DNA of 64,000 bases from Amoeboaphelidium protococcarum X5 (Eukaryota; Fungi; Aphelidiomycota). The DNA is taken from contig JALDTO010000288.1 in the NCBI GenBank assembly GCA_023515725.1, positions 131,214 through 195,213 on the forward strand, in the 5' to 3' direction. Below are positions 56,894-64,000 of the stretch, in pieces; the stretch's first letter is position 1; every line of letters starts with the position of its first letter. Made by a program: the position numbers and the translations under genes. The notes beneath the pieces are model-generated. The model ran no database searches. It was not told the DNA's origin and worked only from the letters and a program-made list of their open reading frames with translations.

Positions 56894-58909
56894 ATGTTTA
56901 ATCCGTTGTAAGATGTGTTATGTCCCAATTCGTCCGGACTCAAAAGGGAGGACTGTCATTGTGCTGGATGTAAATCTTGGCAATAGGCGCAAGCCTAGTT
57001 GATGCATTCACAAATGCAATTTGAGTAAAAGAAAAAGCTTGCGGTGCAGACAAGAACCGAGTCAATGGTAAATAGATTGCACAGTGGATACCAGACTAAG
57101 CCGCCGCCCCCTGTTCATAGAAACGGTCCTGGTAGTGGAAATAGAGGTTTGACGCGTAAAAACGCGCTGGTGCAAATTAGCATTGTCCCTTGTATTTCAG
57201 GATCAAAGGTTGGATAATTTAAGCGTCTGGAAAATGTTGGCCCATAGATGATTTAGATTGACAAGTATAATGACAATTATCAATCTGTCTTAGCATAAGC
57301 TTGTGCATTGTTTCACTATCAAGTTGAGCAATCGTCAATTGGACAAAGTCAAATCCACCAAATCCCCTAATTTGGAGTTGATTTTGACGTAATATAATGG
57401 ACCCAGAATATTCAATTGGCAGGATGTAAGTATACCTCTAATAAGGATAAGGTGCTATATTTGATTCCGTTGGTTGAAAGCAATCGCGTGTAATTGCATC
57501 CTAGTTTAAAGAGAAACTATGAGTCTCTACAGTAGCTGAATTTTTTGAATGTCGAGGACTTTGATTACTAGTATGGTTTGCCAGATGAGAAGATGCAGGA
57601 TAAGGATGATTTTGAAATTGTTGAACCGACGCGTACTTTAGATGAGCCTATTATTCAACCTGTCAAGCCTGTCAAAAAGATCAAATCTGCGCAGGAGTCT
57701 ACGATCATACCTGTCAGTTCAAATGTTGCGAGAAATAGTTAGATTGAACATAAGAATAAGTTTTGCTAGTTTGAAAACATTTCCAAGGTGTCCCCTCAGC
57801 GTGTAATAAAAAATACGCGCTCCTTGTAAGGCAGTGTGGTTGTGCATGTCTACGACTATGAAACAGGCTCCTGGTTCACTGAGGATCCAGGAGTAGTTGG
57901 AATGCCAGATCTGGCAGGAAAGACTAACAAAGGGAATATAAAAAGATGCTACTATAATGGATCTCTGGTCAAGTTTTTTCCAGATCTGCCAGTAGTCTTT
58001 AAGTGCGCAATTGATAAGGATGACGATGATTATGGATTACATGCTAGGGAAATATTAAACTCTGTTTGCGCTCAAAGGTGCTTCCTAGATTTTGACGCGG
58101 AATTGATTAAGACGCTGCTGGGTTAAGAATATCTATAGGTTGCTGGTGAGTAGCGTGGAGTTTGTGCTGGCGTGATGCTGGAGATTAGAGACAAATAAAA
58201 TGAGGAATTTGGTGATATGGTGGATCTAGCAAAGATATGGACAGTTGAACCCTTCGTAGATGGCCAATTTGTGAAGTATATCGACAACGAGCATTTTATG
58301 CAAATTTGTGATGATGATCAGACTTATGAGGAGAACTTTCGTGAAGAAGTGGCCTGGGCTTTTGCCCATTACTCCTATTATTGGTTTGAGAAGGAGAACT
58401 ACGAGTAAATGATAGTTGATATTCAAGGCTCTAAGTGTCACTTTACAGATCTTTAGGTGTGCACTGTCAATGGCACCGATTGCAGTATTGGCAATATGGG
58501 TTTACCAGCAATTGTGAAGTTCTTCGTTATGCACTAGTGCAATTAGATTTGCAAGGCTTTGCATTTAGATGTCGCGACCATTCCGTCTTTAGTAATGGAG
58601 AAGATTATGGAAGATTCTCTCTTAATGGATAAATTCGAGTCCACTGTGTTTGGATCTCCAGCATAGGCCGCTCCTAATCCTCTTGGATAGTAGAAGACAT
58701 CATTGAAGTCGGATGTCTCCATAACTTCTGTGTCTAAACAGGTAGAAGTTAATAATCAAGCCACTCAGGATTTGCAGATAGTAAAGGAGAAATCTAAGAT
58801 TAAGTTGGTGGATCCTATTGTTAAAAACATACGTCCGTCTAGCAGAAGACCTAATACGCGTGCTAAAAATGCTGCGTAGAAGAAATTGCCAACTTTGACT
58901 GAGGATTGA
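56894..58909 (+). CDS. Alpha-kinase (eEF2K/MHCK family) carried inside the transposon (~671 aa; 5' end uncertain)
   Basis: VVFKC, WTVEPFVDGQFVKYIDN, AWAFAHYSY, MIVDIQG, FTDL(Q)V, GNMGLPAIVKFFVMH(Q)CN(Q)IC zinc site. Confidence 0.88.
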
Positions 58910-58994
58910 GTATTTAGTAGCTCTGGTGGAGTTAACAATGAGTACGTAAAGATAGTAATAGCAATAAGAAATTTTTAATTATTCAGACCATTCT

Positions 58995-60374
58995 TCACTA
59001 AGCAATTTCCTACCCTCTCACTTACTATTCTGCTATCAACAATTAATCTCTAAATGCATCCAGCGCGCTTACGAGATCGCCATCGGACACTAAAGCCTTG
59101 AACACATCTTGACAATTGTCAAAGGTAAGTTGATCAAAACCTTTCTCTATAACAACTTCATCAATAAGATGCCTAGCGTAATTAATTCTAAACCTATCAT
59201 TCATATCTATAGTACTTGGTCCAAACAATTGAATAGCCATATCACGCATGTCTTGAGGAGGCTCCAAACCACATTCTACTCCATCAAACATCTCGGGAAC
59301 TTGATAACGCATGATGGGCTGTCCTTGATTTCGAATCTTATGGTAATTCCACAAGGTGGTAATTTTATCTAAACACTCAGCGATATAATGTCCAAAACAA
59401 TACTGAGAAATTGTCTTATGAGAATAAAGCGTGGTATTAAAATAACCTGCAAAGTGAAGATTGTTCAGCGTTCCTATCCAATATTCAAGCCCATAATGAT
59501 TCTATCTGCCCCAGTAACTTTCTATACGCGTATTGAAATTGGATGAACCCACAATATAAGAGTTCTCACCTACCAATATTTCTTGCAATTACTTGATGTA
59601 ATTGTTCTCAGTTCCGCCATCAACACGAACTTTTCCAGGCATAACATTGCATTTGTCAGCCGCATCCAGAAAATATTCCAGTATGTAACGCGCGGGCCTA
59701 TTCGTATCTGCGACCATACTAAACACAACATACCTACTAAAACCATCTACACACGCACTTATTCCAAAGCCAAACTACGACAGCTTATCGAAGCCATCTA
59801 TATGCCACACTTAATTAGGACCATCATTTTAATATTCACGGCGTTTCAACTTGCGCCTTTTACGCATTTACACAGCCTCTGGATTGTCGAATCTTTAGCA
59901 AACCATAACCATGTCTCGAGATACTTATTGGCCTGATAGTTCACGAAGGACTTATGTAGTTGATCTAATTCCCAATCTTTCACCTTCATCCTGATTTACA
60001 ACATGCACTAAATCCAAAACTTCGACAGGAGATAGCGCACAATGTCTCGTTCCAATTTAATGCTGCGACAAAATCGATTGCAAAGTCCTTAAGGACATTT
60101 AAATATTATGCTTCTATTTCAGCCAATCCAATAATTATTGTTAAGTGGACCCGCCATTAATTAGATGGCGAGCTTCTTCAATCCAATGTTCACTTTAATC
60201 CGCAAATGTGGCTCTATTTAAAGCAGTACTCAATCCATGTTCAGTCATAAACCGGTCCAATTTGGACTTGGAGCAGATTGTTCCACTAGAATTTAGAGTA
60301 TCTAAAATTTCCTTGCGCTTCAAACCTTAATTTACTAACTGCCGTACCTGTTCCAAGTCGATTTCTTAAGACAT
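58995..60374 (-). CDS. IS3-like DDE transposase/integrase with N-terminal HTH (Clr5-like) repeats (459 aa)
   Basis: LKRREYQNDGPNQVWHIDGFDKL..ISACVDGFSRY..PGKVRVDGGTEN..GSSNFNTRIESYW..WNYHKIR; D, D and E all present; ORF intact under TAR=Gln. Confidence 0.9.
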
Positions 60375-60726
60375 TTTGCTGCAAAAAATGAATTCGAGTT
60401 AAGATGTCCCCTATTATAAGGCGGATATAGTGCATGATAAGAAACAAAATAGCAATGAATTTATTTTTAAAATTACAAAACAAAATAAAAATTAAAAATC
60501 ATTTAAAATATTAATGGGAACTTTCATTTTACTTTCTATGTTTAGTAATTTTAAACTGCGAGGCGGTTTTGCGTTTCTCGAACTCCGTAGAGTTCGGTCA
60601 GCCTCTGAGAGAAGGAAAGATTCAACGAAGCGTGTTGCGTCCTTCGAATGCTTTCACCTTCACGCTCCAACCGCCATTTCAAGAAAAAGTATAAAATCGA
60701 GTGATCAAACATTAACAGCACTAGGC

Positions 60727-61302
60727 ATGTCTATCACATCTGATATTTAGAAATAATACCAAGATGTCTATCAATTTTTACTGAAGCAAGATGAGATTAA
60801 ACTGGCAAAGAAGGTGAGAAAATCATGCTTGAAGAAGCACGATTTTGATGTGTCCAAGCCGGTGTCTTCTACCTCTTCTAATGAGAATGTGGTCAATGCA
60901 AATGACACCAAATCATCATCTTCAGTATCAGTGCCAGTATTGGAAGAAAGAAAGCGAAAGACATCCGAGTCTTAGTCTGAGGATCTGAATCCAATTGACG
61001 CGTCAGCAACTGCAGTGGATTCTCTTAAATAGGCTGCCAAGAAAATTAAGCAAAGGTTTCAGAGGGTAGATCCTAAAGATGTGCAATTTGTCGATGATAG
61101 GTTGAAAGATAACACGTTTCTTGCGAAAGGTGGTGCAACTCAAAACAGCTATGGATACAAGGCCAATGAAGATCTGTCTAAGGTGAGAGGTAAAGGATTT
61201 ACCAAGAGTAAAAATAAAATGAAGAAGGGATCGTATCGCGGTGGAGCCATTGACACCAAGACACATTCCATCAAGTTCAGCACTAGTAGTGACGAGGAAT
61301 GA
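60727..61302 (+). CDS. SRP40: SRP40/Nopp140-like nucleolar protein, short form (191 aa)
   Basis: LisH-like start (DVYQFLLKQDEIKLAKK); C-terminal FQRVDP..LKDNTF..YGYKANEDLSKVRGKGFTKSKNKMKKGSYRGGAID..SIKF. Confidence 0.88.
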
Positions 61303-61689
61303 TCAACCGCAAATATATGAATTTCAACAATTTCGTTCAAGTAGATTAATTTAATCGGATATTATTCGTTTAAAATCTATTCATAAGATTCACGTCCATA
61401 GATAAAGGATGGAGTCACCTAGGATTCTTGCCTGCTCATTTCGGCACTGTAACAGTTTACTCGTTTGAAAATCAGTTTAATGAACTTGACTTTATCGCAG
61501 TGTCTTCATGTGCTGTTGTGAGCTCTAGTGTGAGCCAATCATTGTCCTGGGCCAATCACTAGTTTCGCTTATGCACTTTCACACTGTTTCTTAGTAAATT
61601 TGGCCGACTTAAAACATTGCTGACAGTAATAATACTATAATAATCAAATTGAATACGGAGCTTCATAGCGAATTGCACGCGACTATAAC

Positions 61690-63330
61690 ATGGATTATGT
61701 CAACGTTAGAGAGCATAATGTGTATCCCTCTGGATCAGGCAGCTCCTATGTTGGTAGCGCTGTGGCCGCTGCAATGGTAGATTCTAATGATTGGAAATTT
61801 AACTTCACCGAGCATCTGCTGAGATTTTAAAGCGCTAAAGAAATTGAAACTGTAAACTCTGCAGCGGAGGTTGTGCGCGTCAAATTGGAGGAGTTGGCTG
61901 ATATGCCGGAGGACACTTAAGAATATGATACAGTGACCAACGTGATAAAATTGCTGCAATGCGCGACTGATGCACTGTAAGGAATTTCTCACAGTTTTGA
62001 GTGGAAGAGAGAGGTGGAGATGCCGCGCAATGTTGTTGGATAATCAGAGGAGAATAAGTTTGATAATTATATGATGAGTAGAGTCTATTGGCCTAGGATT
62101 AGCATTTTTGATCTAATGTTGCCAAAATCTGATGTTGATCAAATTATCGGTCCTCTTGCTTAGATCAAGCAGAATAGCGAATTGTCTTAGAAATTGTAAC
62201 AATATACTCTGCAAGATGGGCTCTTTGGTATCGGCTTTATTCAACGTGTATTTCCTATGCTGCCAAGCCACGATGTCAGCTGTATATTTGGAGAGGAGTG
62301 GTATGTTTACGTACCATTGATGTCTCATAAAAGCCTTTACATTGTGCGCATAGATTTGTGCGATATTTATGGCACTGGTAAAATCATCATTGCTAGGTCT
62401 GGTCGTCTTTAAGGCGTGTAAATGGCCAACCGTCTGACGTCCTGGGTAAAATGGGCGATCAGAGTGTATGAACAGTTGCAAACGCGCGCTAATCTACAGG
62501 TGACCCCCCTACTCATGACCACCATACTCATGTCCACTTACCCTTCTTAAATCGTGATTTTTTAGTATGTTATAATTTCGAATACGCTGATTCCGAAAAT
62601 ATAATTTTTCAATTTTTTTCAATATATGAAATTTTGGACAGGCACGGTTTGGACCTTAACTCATGTCCATATCGCTCCTCACTTGTTTCTAACAGATCGT
62701 TCCGCGGAGCTAACAAACGCTAATATCAAAGGCCCATATCAGCGACTCTAATTCGCAATTTAAATATATTGAAGAATATTAAGACATACTTACGTTACTT
62801 AAAGATATTAAAATCGAACTACAACAAAAAATTTCTCAAAACGTTACTATATTGGGCATTTTCATTGAGGTGGACATGAGTCGACTCGTGTCCAGTGATC
62901 GCGCGCGTTTTCCTGTAATTTTAGTGGACATGAGTAGGGGGGGTCACCTGTATTGAATGCACCAGTTGCATAGTACTGCTGGATTGCTCCTCATCTATTA
63001 TGCCGGATTTTCCCAAATTTGGATCATTCCAAGTTGGTTGCTCGACCATCATTTTACAATCCTATATACATTGATTAAGATCAGGGCCATGTCTACAAAT
63101 TATACAGCTTTTGGACTGCTAACTTATGTCCTGTTGAAAATGAAATTAGGAAAGATCCTTTTCTATGTGATGGATGGTATCTTCGAGGTACCGTATTAAA
63201 GAATGCCTCTCTACGAACAGGGCGACTTGAAACAGAATCCGCCTCGTGACTTCAAGAAGCTAGTGGATGTGTTAGTGTAAATTGTAACCATATTGATACA
63301 TTTAGCAGAGAAGCGTAAATTTTACGGTTA
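61690..63330 (+). pseudogene. Disrupted gene with a C-terminal protein-kinase-like region
   Basis: ORF from ATG 61690 continues in frame once the MITE and one TA are removed (..RANL|LNAPVAQYCW..GHVYKLYSF); +1 frameshift near 63200 before MPLYEQGDLKQNPPRDFKKLVDVLVQIVTILIHL; then runs into the satellite. Confidence 0.65.
62497..62950. mobile_element. Non-autonomous Tc1/mariner-type MITE (454 bp)
   Basis: TA duplication at 62495-62496 and 62951-62952; TIR CAGGTGACCCCCC(C)TACTCATG[a/t]CCAC; subterminal ACTCATGTCCA repeats in both orientations. Confidence 0.9.
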
Positions 63331-64000
63331 GATCATGAATCTACCGGAGAAATTACGGTTAGCTGTAACAACTACAATTCAGACAGCAGCACTTCGCTGA
63401 ATGGAATTTCTAGTGTAAATAAGTGCTAGCTTCATCAATTGCCAAGAATTAAATAAGAGACTGTGCTTTACCGGGAGTTCCCAGCGTGATAATGGTGAAG
63501 CGTAAATTCTACGGTTAGATCATGAGGCGACCGGAGAAATTACGGTTAAAAGTAACAACTACAATTCAGACAGCAGCACTTCGCTGAATGGAATTTCTAG
63601 TATGAATGAGTTAAACTGATCGTCTCAGTGGAGAGTACTCCGCAGCTGTGCTTTACCGGGAGTTCCCAGCGTGATAATGGTGAAGCGTAAATTCTACGGT
63701 TAGATCATGAGGCGACCGGAGAAATTACGGTTAAAAGTAACAACTACAATTCAGACAGCAGCACTTCGCTGAATGGAATTTCTAGTATGAATGAGTTAAA
63801 CTGATCGTCTCAGTGGAGAGTACTCCGCAGCTGTGCTTTACCGGGAGTTCCCACCGCGATAATGGTGAAGCGTAAATTCTACGGTTAGATCATGAGGCGA
63901 CCGGAGAAATTACGGTTAGCTGTTACAACTACAATTCAGACAGCAGCACTTCGTTGAATGTAATTTCTAGTATGAATAAGTGCTAGCTTCATCAATTGCC
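63311..64000. repeat. Tandem satellite, 185-187 bp unit, at least 3.7 copies, continuing past the window end
   Basis: Units start with AAGCGTAAATT at 63311, 63498, 63683 and 63868; two variants of a ~45-bp segment in the order A,B,B,A. Confidence 0.93.

Larger units (their letters stand above)
56104..60589. mobile_element. Complete IS3EU-like DNA transposon (4486 bp) with transposase and alpha-kinase cargo
   Basis: Imperfect ~41-bp terminal inverted repeats (TACGGaatccGAGAgcCGCAAAAgCGCgTCGCtaTTTAAAA vs TACGGagttcGAGAaaCGCAAAAcCGCcTCGCagTTTAAAA); identical 6-bp flanks GAGTTC at 56098-56103 and 60590-60595; internal copy of the TIR core TCGAGAGCCGCAA at ~56191. Confidence 0.88.

Noticed and set aside
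56099-60594. Element boundaries CTACGG..CCGTAG with a 4-bp AGTT TSD
   Set aside because: Moving each end inward by one base gives a longer exact 6-bp duplication (GAGTTC) and TAC..GTA termini, which match the transposase type.
63311-64000. CRISPR-like array (constant repeat plus variable segment)
   Set aside because: The constant part is about 140 bp, only two recurring variants are seen, there are no cas genes and the context is eukaryotic.

Overview
Gene-dense eukaryotic (fungus-allied) genomic DNA that uses a non-standard code: TAA and TAG read as Gln and TGA is the only stop (translation table 6 type). This fits an aphelid such as Amoeboaphelidium protococcarum (inference), and it means the supplied ORF track is fragmented. 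Re-reading by hand with TAR=Gln gives about 36 intact genes, mostly housekeeping, with a few 50-74 nt introns that all end in TGTAG. Highlights: (1) a complete 4.49-kb IS3EU-like DNA transposon (56104-60589; TAC..GTA termini, 6-bp GAGTTC target-site duplication) carrying an intact DDE transposase and a convergent alpha-kinase cargo gene; (2) an apparently split Nup188 gene whose N- and C-terminal halves are separate ORFs with two genes between them; (3) a kinase-like pseudogene broken by a TA-flanked MITE and a frameshift and ending in a ~185-bp satellite; (4) a DHHC enzyme that has lost one zinc site; (5) orphan secreted proteins, two unusual glycosyltransferases and a pair of divergent membrane-protein paralogs. 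All homology calls come from motif recognition by eye, not from database searches.
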